From IMG/VR virus record IMGVR_UViG_3300037400_002591, positions 1-64,000 of that record: 64,000 bases of DNA; one strand, written 5' to 3'. The DNA comes from a virus. Taxonomy: Duplodnaviria > Caudoviricetes. A program made the translations under genes and the position numbers. Below the pieces are notes generated by a model, which was given only the letters and a program-made list of their open reading frames with translations, was not told the origin of the DNA and ran no database searches. Positions 1 to 11,229 of the stretch are shown here, in pieces (the stretch's first letter is position 1; each line of letters begins with the position of its first letter).

Positions 1-62
1 ATAAACAAAAACATTTTGGTTTACTACAAATGGTTTAATAACACTAACAATTTTTTTCATTA

Positions 63-476
63 TTAAAATCCTCCTACCTCTATTATTGCATTATCATATG
101 GGAAGAAGTAATACACATAGGCTTCATTATCTATTACCATCCATATTTCAATAGCATCTTTAGTTTTTGTTAAATCAATTCCGCGGATTTCGCCTCTATT
201 AGTTAAACATTCATCAACTAGTATTTGAGCAATCTCTTTTGCATCATCATCATTAGATATATTAACCCAACGGAATACAGTATAATCTTTTCTTTCGTTG
301 CATAATAACATATAATAATAGTTATTACATTTTTTAATAAAATCAGTAACAATTTGTTTTTTACTATTTAAAACTCCTTCACTTAATTTTATTTCATTTT
401 GTTTTACTATGTTTTTATTTATATCATAAAGAGTTCCAAACTCTATTTCTTTTTTTTCATTATTCTCTTGTTCCAT
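63..476 (-). CDS. hypothetical phage protein
   Basis: ORF with AGGAGG RBS before MEQENN; TAA stop. Confidence 0.65.
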   Translation of the reverse strand: MEQENNEKKEIEFGTLYDINKNIVKQNEIKLSEGVLNSKKQIVTDFIKKCNNYYYMLLCNERKDYTVFRWVNISNDDDAKEIAQILVDECLTNRGEIRGIDLTKTKDAIEIWMVIDNEAYVYYFFPYDNAIIEVGGF

Positions 477-1347
477 TGTCGTTTGAATCCTCCTTTTGTA
501 TATAGTCAATATCAATAACATTATATATCAAATCTTCTAAATATTTTCTTTCATCTTTACATAATGTTATATTATTTTTATTATTTTCATAATATTGATA
601 TGGGCGGTCATTAAATTTATATCCCATAGCAATTCAATCTAATATATTTTCTAAAACATCAAGAACTTCTTCTTTATTATTTTTATCAAATGAAGTTTTA
701 TTTTTTCTATATTGCCAATGGTGAGAATTGTTTTTCCAATGATGCTCCCAGGCTTTATCAAAATCTGGTTTGTTTTCTTCTTTTTCTTCGGCATTTATTG
801 GATAGAAATTTTTTCTATAAGGTATAAACTCTTCTTCAGAATATTTACTTTTATCGTGAATTAAAACTCGTCCTCATAGAGCATCTAAAATTTCACCACT
901 GTATCTTTGATATATAACAGGATTTTCTTTAATTTCTTCAAATGCTTTTCTAACATTTTCTTGATGTTCTTTTATATAATTTTTATAATTTTTTTCTTGC
1001 TTTTTTATTTTTCTATTGTTTTTAAATTTTTTTATATTATATTTTATTTTAGTAGGCATACTTAAAATAAAATAAACAATACTTAATATTCTATTTTGTG
1101 TTTTTTTAAAATTACAATCTTTAGTATATTTTCTAAATAAATGTAATTTATAAAATACATTATGAGCTATCCATTCATTAATTAGAGAGTTCATATTTCT
1201 ATTAGTTATATAATTTTCAGCCTTTTCTAAAGCCTCTGTCAAAATAACTTCCATTTTTTTGATATTATGAATTTGATAGCTGTCGATGATAGTTAATTCT
1301 GATGTCGAATAAAACATTTTCAGACCTTTAATTTTCATCTCTGCCAT
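460..1347 (-). CDS. hypothetical protein (code 4, 2 TGA-Trp)
   Basis: Track ORF 874..1395 reads through TGA (DAL-W-GRVLIHD) to TAA at 460. Confidence 0.6.
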
Positions 1348-1363
1348 TTGAGTACCTTCTTTC

Positions 1364-1807
1364 TTATTCATTATATAATTTACATTCGCCTTCAAAATGG
1401 TCTAGCTCATGTTGAATAATATCGCTCATACGACCACCTTGTGCTATTTCTTGTTGTTCACCATTTTCATCTAAATATGAACACCATACTTTTTGAAATC
1501 TAGTTACTTTTTTATATACTCCAGGCACACTTAAACAACCTTCTAAATATTCTTGTTCTCCGCGGCTACGCGTAATGACTGGATTTATAAGTAGCACCTC
1601 ATCGCCGCCCCATGAACAAATACATATTCTTTTGTTAATTCCTAATTGAATTGCAGAAAGTCCTTTTGCATCTGGAATTGCGTGTAATGTATCTTTTAAA
1701 TCTTGAATAAGGTCTTTTACTTCATCTATATTTTCTACTATTTCACTCTTTTGAGAAAGTATCTCTTTATCTTCTTCATTTCTATAGTTTAATATTCTTT
1801 TTATCAT
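1364..1807 (-). CDS. def: peptide deformylase
   Basis: Motifs GLSAIQLG, EGCLS, HELDH. Confidence 0.95.
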   Translation of the reverse strand: MIKRILNYRNEEDKEILSQKSEIVENIDEVKDLIQDLKDTLHAIPDAKGLSAIQLGINKRICICSWGGDEVLLINPVITRSRGEQEYLEGCLSVPGVYKKVTRFQKVWCSYLDENGEQQEIAQGGRMSDIIQHELDHFEGECKLYNE

Positions 1808-1868
1808 TTACACTCTTCCTTTCATTCTTATATAAATATTATATCATTATTTTTAAAAAAAGTCAAAA

Positions 1869-2288
1869 TTATAAAGATATGCGGTCTGTTAAATAACTTC
1901 TTTTAATTAATTTCTTACCTTTTTTGTTTGTATCATTTAAATGTTCAGCTTCAAAATATAAAAGTAATTCTCTTATTCTTTTTAAATTATCTATATCAAT
2001 TTTCATATTTTCATTTTCTTGTATCATATATTTTGTTATTCGTAAAAATAATTCTCTATCATATAATTCAATAGTATGTAGATATTCATGAGAAGTCTCT
2101 TGTTTAAGAATTGCACCATTTCATAATAAGTATCCTTCTCCAAGACCTTCTCTTTTACAATCTCTATGAGGGACTATTAAATGATGAAAACTTAATTCAT
2201 TAACATTTCTAAAAGTGTACCCCATAAAATCATAACCTAATTTTTTAATATTATATAATTTAATCATTTCTTTTGTAATTTCTCGCAT
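1869..2288 (-). CDS. hypothetical protein (1 TGA-Trp), His-rich HNH-like motifs
   Basis: Open only in code 4; FHHLIVPH...SHEYLH. Confidence 0.5.
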
Positions 2289-2358
2289 TTGTTACACCTT
2301 CCTATCAATATAACAAAAAAAGAGGTTAAGTAATTTTGTTCTTACTTAACCTCCTTTG

Positions 2359-2520
2359 CTATTTATTTCTAAATAATAATGCTGTATATAATAATGCTGC
2401 TCCAAACCATTGCAATGAAACAGGTCATTCAGCTTTGTTAGTAACTATATTTAAAATTAAACTACCAAGAGCTCCTGTAACCATTAATGCTGGAAAGAAT
2501 ATTTTTAAAAAGTTAATCAT
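2359..2520 (-). CDS. small membrane protein (1 TGA-Trp)
   Basis: 53 aa with two hydrophobic segments; start overlaps nrdG stop. Confidence 0.5.
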
Positions 2521-3019
2521 TTTCTATCTCTCCTGTTTTCATATTTATAATATTTTGATTACGGCTACCGCGCCATTTTAATGTTATGTCGCGTTCTTTA
2601 AGTTTAAAAGGGCCTTCAATCAAATAGTCTATATTTGTTAATATTTCCCCAACCCCAATTAAATTAGTATCTTCTCTTAATTGAGATAAAGTATATCCTG
2701 TTCATAAACAGATTTTAATATTTGGGAATTTATTTTTCACTACTTTTAATAGTAATTTTATAAAATCTCTTTTATCATAAGTATCTAAAGGTTCTCCCCC
2801 TAATATACTTAAATTTCTTTGTATTCCATTTGCGGAAATTAATTCAATGATATGATTAATTAAATCATTTCAATCTCAAATCTCTCCGCCATTAGGATCT
2901 CAAGCTTCTGGATTATGACAGCCCTTACAATGAAAATGGCAACCTTGAAGGAATAAACTAACGCTTACTCCTATTCCATTAACTACATCGTTACCATTTA
3001 TACCTGCAACTCTAATCAT
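2513..3019 (-). CDS. nrdG: anaerobic ribonucleotide reductase activase (radical SAM), 4 TGA-Trp
   Basis: FLQGCHFHCKGCHNPEA(W)D, ILGGEPL, (W)TGYT, WRGSRNQ; open only in code 4. Confidence 0.95.
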
Positions 3020-3503
3020 TCCAATTCTCCAGTTTTTTAGAATGTTTATATCTTTGTTCAGTTTCCTGTTGTTTACCTAAATTAAATGCAGTTTTATAAT
3101 CTCCTGTTAAATATCCAGTAACACGTCTAAGTTGTTGTATATGTTCGCTTCCGCACATTGGACATTTATCATTGAATTCGTCAGTATAACCGCAATCTAA
3201 ACAAGTATCATTTGGAACATTAATTGCAAAATAAGGTATATCTTTATCCATAGCATAATTAATTATTTCTTCAAGAGCATCTAAGTTATGTTTAACTCCA
3301 CCCTCTAATTCTACATATGTAATACATCCAGCATTACTATAGCCAGTTAATTGACTTTCAATATCTATTTTATCAAAAGGACTCATTTCTTTCCATACAG
3401 GAACATGAATACTATTTGTAAAATATTCTCTATCACTTACATTAGGAATAATTCCATATTGTTTTTTAAATTTTTTCATTGAAGTATAACACATGTTTTC
3501 GGC
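3012..3503 (-). CDS. nrdD: class III anaerobic ribonucleotide reductase, exon 2
   Basis: AENMCY...CLDCGY..CPMCG..RRVTGYL glycyl-radical C-terminus. Confidence 0.93.
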   Translation of the reverse strand, partial: AENMCYTSMKKFKKQYGIIPNVSDREYFTNSIHVPVWKEMSPFDKIDIESQLTGYSNAGCITYVELEGGVKHNLDALEEIINYAMDKDIPYFAINVPNDTCLDCGYTDEFNDKCPMCGSEHIQQLRRVTGYLTGDYKTAFNLGKQQETEQRYKHSKKLENWND

Positions 3504-4511
3504 CATTTGCACCCTCGGTTTCCCGATATTTATTAGGGGATTAGACTATATTATCATCTTATTATTCTATTACCAAATAATAAGAGCCTTACCTTTTGCG
3601 GCGATCGCGATTAAGAATCTTTAATCGACGTCCGCGCTACTCTACTCATTTATTCATTTAGATTTTTCTTCTAAATTATACTTTCGATAGTCGTTAGAGA
3701 ACAAAACCATCTTTTTCATATTCGGACAGATATCTAAATCAATAACCACATCGAGGTTTTGTTTTAACCTTATGATTGCATTGATTTAATATAGTAGTTT
3801 TAGTAACATTTAATTCTCTAGAAGCTTCTCCTACTGAACCATATTTTTTTATCAAATTGCCTTGTAAATCAAAGCTACAAACATGAATAGATTGACTGTC
3901 ATCTCAACTTTTAGTGTTTCATTCTAAAAAGCCAAGTTGTTCATATGCATCTTTAGTATTTTCAGATACGGTTCCTCATTTTAAATTTGTATAATGTTTA
4001 TTTTCTTTATTATTATCTATATGCATTACAATAGGATAATTATTTGGATTTGGTACAAATGCTTCCGCAACTAAGATATGGACTCTTTTTTGTTTGGAAA
4101 CATTTCCTTTATAAGTAACTCCAGTGTACCAATATCCATGGTTAAGTCATTGAGCTTTATGAAAAAATTTATTTTCTCCATAATCTTTGTAAACTTCTCC
4201 AGATGGTGTAATATAATCTGTATCACTACCATTAATTAAGACCATCTCTTCTTTAATTTTACTTCTATCTATTAATTTATCTAATAATTTTCTTTTTGCC
4301 ATTGTGTATATCTCCTTTCATTAATATATGAAAAATTACTATACACAACTTCGCAGTTCTGTCCAATATTTTTTAATAATTTTATCCTACGGGATTAACC
4401 TGCTGCGTATTTCCGCAGTTTAGTCTTTCTTACCAGCTTATTACGCTTGCCCGTTTAGTAAGGTTTATTTTTTCACATAATCACTTATGCGACACCCAAT
4501 CCGAATAGTTT
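3504..4511 (-). mobile_element. group I intron in nrdD
   Basis: Splits YYTP/AENMC; 5' exon ends in U (CCT), intron ends in G; P7-type AACGACTATC and ATATAGTCTAA elements. Confidence 0.9.
3694..4302 (-). CDS. intron-encoded HNH homing endonuclease with C-terminal NUMOD1-like domain (5 TGA-Trp)
   Basis: RVHILVAEAF..VMHIDNNKEN..NLK(W)GTVSEN; 202 aa in code 4. Confidence 0.9.
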
Positions 4512-6263
4512 AGGTGTGTAATACACTCCAATATTTAAATGTAATTCTTTTTTAAATTGAGCACATCTATCTTTAAATAATTGTTCAATTCTTTTTGCTA
4601 ATTCCATTCCCTCTGGTGTAGTATGGTCTTTACCAATTAAGATTTGTAATGTTTCTGCTAAACCAATTTGACCAATTACAAGAGTTCCATGTTTCATAGC
4701 ACTTTCTATTGTTTTTCCATCATAACCAAGCATAATATTATTTTCATACATAAATTTAGCACTCTCAGGTGATTGATTTATAATCCAATGATATCTTTCT
4801 AATAACATATCTCTAGCTTCATGAATTTTAGTATCTAATAATGTTAAGAAAATAGAATCTAAATTTTCAATAATATCTCCAGTTTGTTTGTTATACATTT
4901 CTTTAGCTTTCATAGCAATGGTTGGCATTACAATAGTAACAGGACAAATATTTCCGCGGCCATCCTTTGTTTGAGGATTAGTTCCAGGCTCTGCATTGAT
5001 ATCTGCACCATTATATGTTCTACATCCCATTGTTGAAACATATGTCTTAGGGTCATTAATATCGTAACCTTTGTTAACAGACCAATCTACATTAACATAG
5101 TTAGGATACAATCTTTGAGCTGTTGATTTAAGTGCTAATTTAAATAAATCGTAGTTAGGATCTCCTGGTTTGCGATTAACACCTTTCATACATTGAAAGA
5201 TACCGCATGGGAATATTGGAGTTTTTCTAACTTTACCAACGCCCTCAATAGAACCTTCTAGTAATGCTTTTGTAACCATTCTACCTTCAGGTAAAGTACA
5301 AGTTCCATAATTAATTGAAGTAAATGGTAATTGGTTTCCGCTTCTACTTTGTAATGTATTTAAATTATGATACATTCCTTGCACAGCTTGCATTAGCTCT
5401 TTTTCAGTCATATCCAAAGCGTATTGGTATGCTTTTGGATATGTTTTATATCTTTCATCTTCGATAGATACATTTTCAAATCTTTTATCATATTCAAAAT
5501 CATAGTTGCATATATATTTTAGTCCATCGTTGAAATGTTTTCTAAATGAAAGTCTTACATATGGAACCATAGTCCAATCTAAATGACTCGCGCTAACTCC
5601 GCCAAATTGTTGTAAACTTTGTAATTGGAATAATACTGCCACTAATTGAAATGCAGTATTAATTGAACGAGCTGGTCTTACATCTGTTTGTCTAGTATTA
5701 AAACCTTCTGCTAATAATTTATCAAAAGGGATAGTTAAACAGTTATGCATACCAACAGCATATGCATCTAAATCATGAATATAAATTTCATTATTTAAAT
5801 GATTTTCTCTTGCCATAGGAGATACAATATAATTAAGAGCATAATCTTTCATTAATTCAGATCTAGCTTCTCCCATACGGCCACCAAATGAATGTTCATC
5901 AACATTAGCATTTTGATTTTGTACATCTGAGGCTTCAATTTTCTCTTTAATATTTTGCATCAATTTACTATTAGCATTTCTTACTTTTGTTCTTTCTTCT
6001 CTATAAAGGATATAATTTTTAGCAACATCTTTTCTTTTAGTTGACATTAAACCTTTTTCAACTAAATCTTGAATTTCTTCAATTCCAGGTGTTTCATCTA
6101 CATCTAAATAATACCCTTCAATATAACTTGCTATGTTTTCAGCTTTTTCTTTTGCATATGGAGTGATTTTTCCATCTACATCTTGGAATGCTGCGAGAAT
6201 AGCTCTCTCGATTTTTGTCGCATCAAAATCTACAATACGACCGTCTCTTTTAATGACCTTCAT
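4512..6263 (-). CDS. nrdD: class III anaerobic ribonucleotide reductase, exon 1 (ATP cone + catalytic barrel)
   Basis: VIKRDGRIVDFD ATP cone; IHDLD..HNC; QPFTSINYG-like and MGCRT motifs. Confidence 0.95.
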
Positions 6264-6375
6264 AAGTTCCTCCTTAATTATTTAATTATTTTAAAGGATT
6301 TAACCTTTTAATTTATTTTAAAATTTTCTTTAATAGATTAAACTATTCTGGTTAAGGGTAGAAAAAGAGTTAGAA

Positions 6376-9300
6376 TTATTCAGTTTCTAACCCTTCTCTG
6401 TCATGAGTTAATTTAATATCTCCATTATCATATACTTCAGTTATTTTATATAATTGATGAAAACCATTATTTTTATATGTTTTTCCTACAAAAGTATCAT
6501 CTCTACGGAAACCCGCAACTAATAATTTAACTCCTCTTGTGAACCAACCTTTTTCAACTACGTGCTTAACTCCATCATCGCCAAGTTCACTAATTTGTCT
6601 ATTAAACATTGCATAATATTCTTTTGTAAACTTAACATTAACGACACCTGTTGGAGTTAATAATGTTATAGATGAACGATTATCATTTTTTCCAATTACA
6701 GTTCCAACAATTTTATATATCTTATAAATAGGAATATCCCTACCATTTCTTTTAAAGAAGTAATCAATAACAGGATTAGATGCTAATTCATTAAAATCTA
6801 CAATACCATATTTATCATTATTGACATTTATTAATTCATGTTCATGATAATAGAAACATAACGCTTCCATTTCATATGAACTGATATTTCCTGTTGCATA
6901 TTTATCCCAGCACTCTTTAAATAACATATTATTAAATTTATTAAGAATTTCCGCCTGATTATCTTTAACCCAATCTCTAGCTTTATCCATAACATTTTGA
7001 TAAATTTTTTCCCAATTAGTTTGTAAAATACAAGTTAATCCATTAATTACTTCTAACTGGTCTAAATCAAAATGCTTATTATAAAATTCTTCACAAACAT
7101 TATCAAACACATAATATTTACCAACTTTTTTATTTGCTTTTAAATATTTTGTGAATAAATAAGTTTGCTTTTGTAAATCTAATTCTGCGGGTATCAAATC
7201 ATGTTGAATTAATCCATTAAAATTTTGTAAAGTTATTCTTTTCTTTGCTTCACATACTTTAGATATATAATATATCATTGTTACGTTACGTGCGGTAGTG
7301 TGAAGTTCTTCAGCCCAAGTTTTTTCTAATTTATCAAAAGCTCCAGCTTTTATTAGACTAAACATTGCACTTTTATTTAATGGACATTTTGACATAAAAT
7401 CAGCTATTCCCGCATATGGTCTATGACTTATTATTTGTTCTATTGTTGGGCCATTTATATTACTTAATGCTTTCATACCAAATAATATTTCATTATTTTC
7501 AACATCTGGCTTAAAACTATAACTTGACTTATTAATATCAACCAAACTAACTTGAATACCTCTTGATGTTATATCTCCAATAGCCTTTGCAATTTTACCA
7601 TAATCAGTTGCTTTTTCTTTCTTTTCTACAACATATCCATCGTCATCTTCTTCAAAGTCACTTTCTTCTTCAAGTCCACCACTATTAACGATTAAACATG
7701 CTGTGTTCCAATATATCGGATTCCAATTAGTTGCTATAAACATAGTTTGAAAACCTATAAATGAATATGCAAGAGCATGAATAACGCTAAATGAATAACC
7801 CATTTGAGGTCCGATTCCGCATGCCCATACATAATGTCCTAAACAAGATGACTTTGCTTGTGTTAAAACTTTATCTCTTAATTCAGGAATTTTACTCATT
7901 TGTTTTTTACCAACTATCTTACGTGCGGCGTTAGCTTCTGCTAAAGTAAATCCGCATATATTTTCATCCATTAACATTCTCATTAACTGCTCTTGGCTAG
8001 GTGGTACTCCATATGAACTTTTAAAATATGGCTCTAATGTTTTTTGTTCTGCTTGAGTTAATCCATATTCTCTCATTTCTTTATACCATAATGATATATC
8101 ATTTTTAAACTTAATATATTTCTCCATTGGAGATTCTTGCCCTTTTTCTGCAGTCATAAGTCTCATTAGACCATTTGCATCCGCCATTTCTAACATTGAT
8201 TTAGGTTTAATTTTCTTTGCCGCCTGAGAACCTACTTCACTATCAAACTGGAAGATATTTAATACACTATTTTCTTGAAGTGCTTTCCATATTTCTTGAT
8301 TATCAATAGGCAATACATTTGGGTGAAAATATTTATCATAAACTTCTCTTAATGTCAAAGAACTATCTATTTCATTATACTCTTGTAATAATCTAATTGC
8401 TTCACATAATTTATCTTGAACTTCTGTTACTAAAAAGTCATATTTAGTCATACCACAAGCTTCACACATATGTAAATCATAAGCTGTTATAACTTCACCT
8501 TTTGGAGTTCTCATAAATGTTCCAAATTCATATGGGTCTTCATCAAATAATATTACTCCTGATGCATGACTACTACGTTTATTAACTAAACCTTCAATAC
8601 CTTCCATTATTTCTAACAATCCTGGATATGTATTTACTTCATTAATAAACATTTTAATTGGTTTTCTACCTTTATCTTCATTACCATTTATAACATCATC
8701 TAATGACCATAAGAAACCACGCTCACTTGGAATTAATGAACTTAAATATTGTGCTGTATCAACATCAATACCATCAGGATATTCTGCACTACGATAACCG
8801 CGGCAAGCTGTCAAAATTGTTGAACGAGTTCCTTCAGTTCCAAAAGTTGCTATTAAAGTACAACCTAAATTTTTTCTACTTAAATCATCTATATCCTTAT
8901 TAAAGTTTTGACCTCTTTCTTTTTTAATTTCATTTAAAATTCTTGGTCTTTTACTTGGACATAAATCTAAATCTATATCTCCTAATTCAACACGTTCTTT
9001 ATTCAAATATCTCCAGAACGGTAAGTTCCATTTAATTGGGTCAAGTTGAGTTATACCTAAAAGATAATGATTTAATCCTGAACAACTTGAACCACGACCT
9101 GCACCTACCATACTTCCGCATTCCCAGAATAAATTAACATAATGTTCCAAAGTCACAGGATAACTAAACATATTAGTTCCTAATTTTTCACTTATTGTCT
9201 TTTTTATATCTGCTTCTTCTTCAAGTCTATCTAAATAAGTTTCATTATATAAATCTAATTTTTGTAATCTTTTTAAGCATTTATTTATCCAATATCTTTC

Positions 9301-10332
9301 AACTTTATCATCTGAGTTAAGCATTTCCGCTAATATCGGATAACCAACTTCAAATTCTCTTCTTATTTCTTTTGGATAATCTTCTACTTCTACTTTTGGA
9401 ATAGTTTGATTATGTGCTAAACTAAATTTTTCTATTTTATTATAAATATTATAACTGTTTGTAAACATTTCATTTATAAATTCATCACTAAACTCTGATG
9501 CATATAAATTTTCTTTTATTTCTTCATTATCTTGAAGATATGCAAATTCATAAAATTCATCTACTTCACGTTCACCAAATTTACTATTAAGATATGCTTT
9601 ATGAACATATCTATCTTCTTTTTTAAGATAGTGTGCATCTGAACCTATAACCATTTTTAAATCAAATGCTTTTGCAATAGCAGGAAATCTTTTATTTACT
9701 AACACTTGATCGCGGCTAGCTCCTGGCGCACATTCTATATAAAAATTATCTTCTCCAAATACTTCTTTACACCATAATAAAAAGTTTACTATGTTATTAT
9801 GTGCGGTTGCCGCACCATTTGTATCTCCTGTTTTTTCTGCGTTAATTAATGCTAAAGTGTTAACACTTAATTCTCCACCTAAACAAGCGGTTGTTCCTAT
9901 TAAACTATTTGGATACTTTGATAATATTTCTTCTAAATCACTTTTTAAAGTTGGAACTCTTTCAAGACCTCTATCCCAATAACTGTTCATCCAAGCTCTT
10001 GAAGATAATTCTCTTAAAGCTCTATGACCTTCTTTATTTTTTGCAATTAAAATAAAGTGATAATATCTTTGTCCCATATCACGAGTATCTGTTAAATATA
10101 TTTCATTTCCTAAAGCAATTTTAAAATCAGGATTTTTTTCTTCTATTTCCTTTTGATAAAAATTAATCTCAGGATGTGAACATAATGCTTCGTGGTCTGT
10201 AATTGCAATACCAGCTAATCCTAATTCTATTGCTCGATTGATTAAATCTTTAGGACGATTAATGGAGTCTAATAATCTTAAATTACTATAATGTGTATGA
10301 CTATGTACTTCAAACCTTTTACTCCAATCCAT
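6376..10332 (-). CDS. dnaE: DNA polymerase III alpha subunit (PHP + family C)
   Basis: HSHTHYS, ITDH, GAGRGSS, DIDLD, HASGV, KYDFL motifs; 1318 aa. Confidence 0.95.
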   Translation of the reverse strand: MDWSKRFEVHSHTHYSNLRLLDSINRPKDLINRAIELGLAGIAITDHEALCSHPEINFYQKEIEEKNPDFKIALGNEIYLTDTRDMGQRYYHFILIAKNKEGHRALRELSSRAWMNSYWDRGLERVPTLKSDLEEILSKYPNSLIGTTACLGGELSVNTLALINAEKTGDTNGAATAHNNIVNFLLWCKEVFGEDNFYIECAPGASRDQVLVNKRFPAIAKAFDLKMVIGSDAHYLKKEDRYVHKAYLNSKFGEREVDEFYEFAYLQDNEEIKENLYASEFSDEFINEMFTNSYNIYNKIEKFSLAHNQTIPKVEVEDYPKEIRREFEVGYPILAEMLNSDDKVERYWINKCLKRLQKLDLYNETYLDRLEEEADIKKTISEKLGTNMFSYPVTLEHYVNLFWECGSMVGAGRGSSCSGLNHYLLGITQLDPIKWNLPFWRYLNKERVELGDIDLDLCPSKRPRILNEIKKERGQNFNKDIDDLSRKNLGCTLIATFGTEGTRSTILTACRGYRSAEYPDGIDVDTAQYLSSLIPSERGFLWSLDDVINGNEDKGRKPIKMFINEVNTYPGLLEIMEGIEGLVNKRSSHASGVILFDEDPYEFGTFMRTPKGEVITAYDLHMCEACGMTKYDFLVTEVQDKLCEAIRLLQEYNEIDSSLTLREVYDKYFHPNVLPIDNQEIWKALQENSVLNIFQFDSEVGSQAAKKIKPKSMLEMADANGLMRLMTAEKGQESPMEKYIKFKNDISLWYKEMREYGLTQAEQKTLEPYFKSSYGVPPSQEQLMRMLMDENICGFTLAEANAARKIVGKKQMSKIPELRDKVLTQAKSSCLGHYVWACGIGPQMGYSFSVIHALAYSFIGFQTMFIATNWNPIYWNTACLIVNSGGLEEESDFEEDDDGYVVEKKEKATDYGKIAKAIGDITSRGIQVSLVDINKSSYSFKPDVENNEILFGMKALSNINGPTIEQIISHRPYAGIADFMSKCPLNKSAMFSLIKAGAFDKLEKTWAEELHTTARNVTMIYYISKVCEAKKRITLQNFNGLIQHDLIPAELDLQKQTYLFTKYLKANKKVGKYYVFDNVCEEFYNKHFDLDQLEVINGLTCILQTNWEKIYQNVMDKARDWVKDNQAEILNKFNNMLFKECWDKYATGNISSYEMEALCFYYHEHELINVNNDKYGIVDFNELASNPVIDYFFKRNGRDIPIYKIYKIVGTVIGKNDNRSSITLLTPTGVVNVKFTKEYYAMFNRQISELGDDGVKHVVEKGWFTRGVKLLVAGFRRDDTFVGKTYKNNGFHQLYKITEVYDNGDIKLTHDREGLETE

Positions 10333-10382
10333 ATTATCATTCCTCCTTCACTTTATCTATATATATTATATCATTATTTTTC

Positions 10383-10898
10383 TTAAAAATCAAATGGTTC
10401 GTCCTTGATTGAAGCTAGGCTATTAATCGGATAATCTAACTCTTTACATTCTACTCCATGTGCATTAAAGAAATCTTGTAATGGTTTACGTTCACTACAT
10501 GGGTTAGTTGGAGTTTCATATACTATAAGGACTATTATAATTTCTTCATTTATTTTATTAGCAATAGCATAGCGATTAGCTAAATCTTCCATATCCGCCA
10601 TCATTTTATCAAAATCTATTTTTTCTAAATTTTCACGATACTGACGCAAAAAAGAACAAGTGTTATAGTCTTTAGTTTCACATGGACATATATCTGGGCC
10701 ATGGTTAGACTGTCTACCTTGTTCAATAATAGGTTCTATACGCAAACCATTTAATATATCCCTTTTATCTTTAAATAGATAGAAATAATCTCCGGTGAAT
10801 GCATGAAACCACTTTGGGTCTCATATTGCAGTGGAAATAGGTATCATATTGCGTGTAAAATTGCGAATTTGATAAAAATATGATGTTCTTATTTTCAT
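10383..10898 (-). CDS. DUF488-like hypothetical protein (1 TGA-Trp)
   Basis: MKIRTSYFYQIR..ISTAI(W)DPKWF extends track ORF 10383..10745. Confidence 0.6.
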
Positions 10899-10925
10899 TT
10901 TTTCACCTCTTTTAGATTGACCGGA

Positions 10926-11216
10926 TTATGCAGCTCTACTCTGAGTCTGATTCTCCATTGAGCGGTTTCCGCGAAATACATTAGTAGGTTTGTAAAAGTT
11001 TCTTGTAGCATTACTTAATATTTGTTCATCTAATTGCTCTTGTGTTTTATCTTTACCTTTTACTTTCCATCTAAAAGCAAATTTAGCTGGTCTAGTTCCA
11101 GGGAAGCAATCTATAATTTTCCATACTCCTAATTTACTTTTATCTTTTGGTGTTTCCATATACCATACTGCGTATCTATCAAACATTAGTCTATCAAATT
11201 TATATTTTTTATTCAT
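10926..11216 (-). CDS. hypothetical protein
   Basis: ORF with RBS within minus-strand operon. Confidence 0.6.
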   Translation of the reverse strand: MNKKYKFDRLMFDRYAVWYMETPKDKSKLGVWKIIDCFPGTRPAKFAFRWKVKGKDKTQEQLDEQILSNATRNFYKPTNVFRGNRSMENQTQSRAA

Positions 11217-11229
11217 TAAAATCTCTCCT

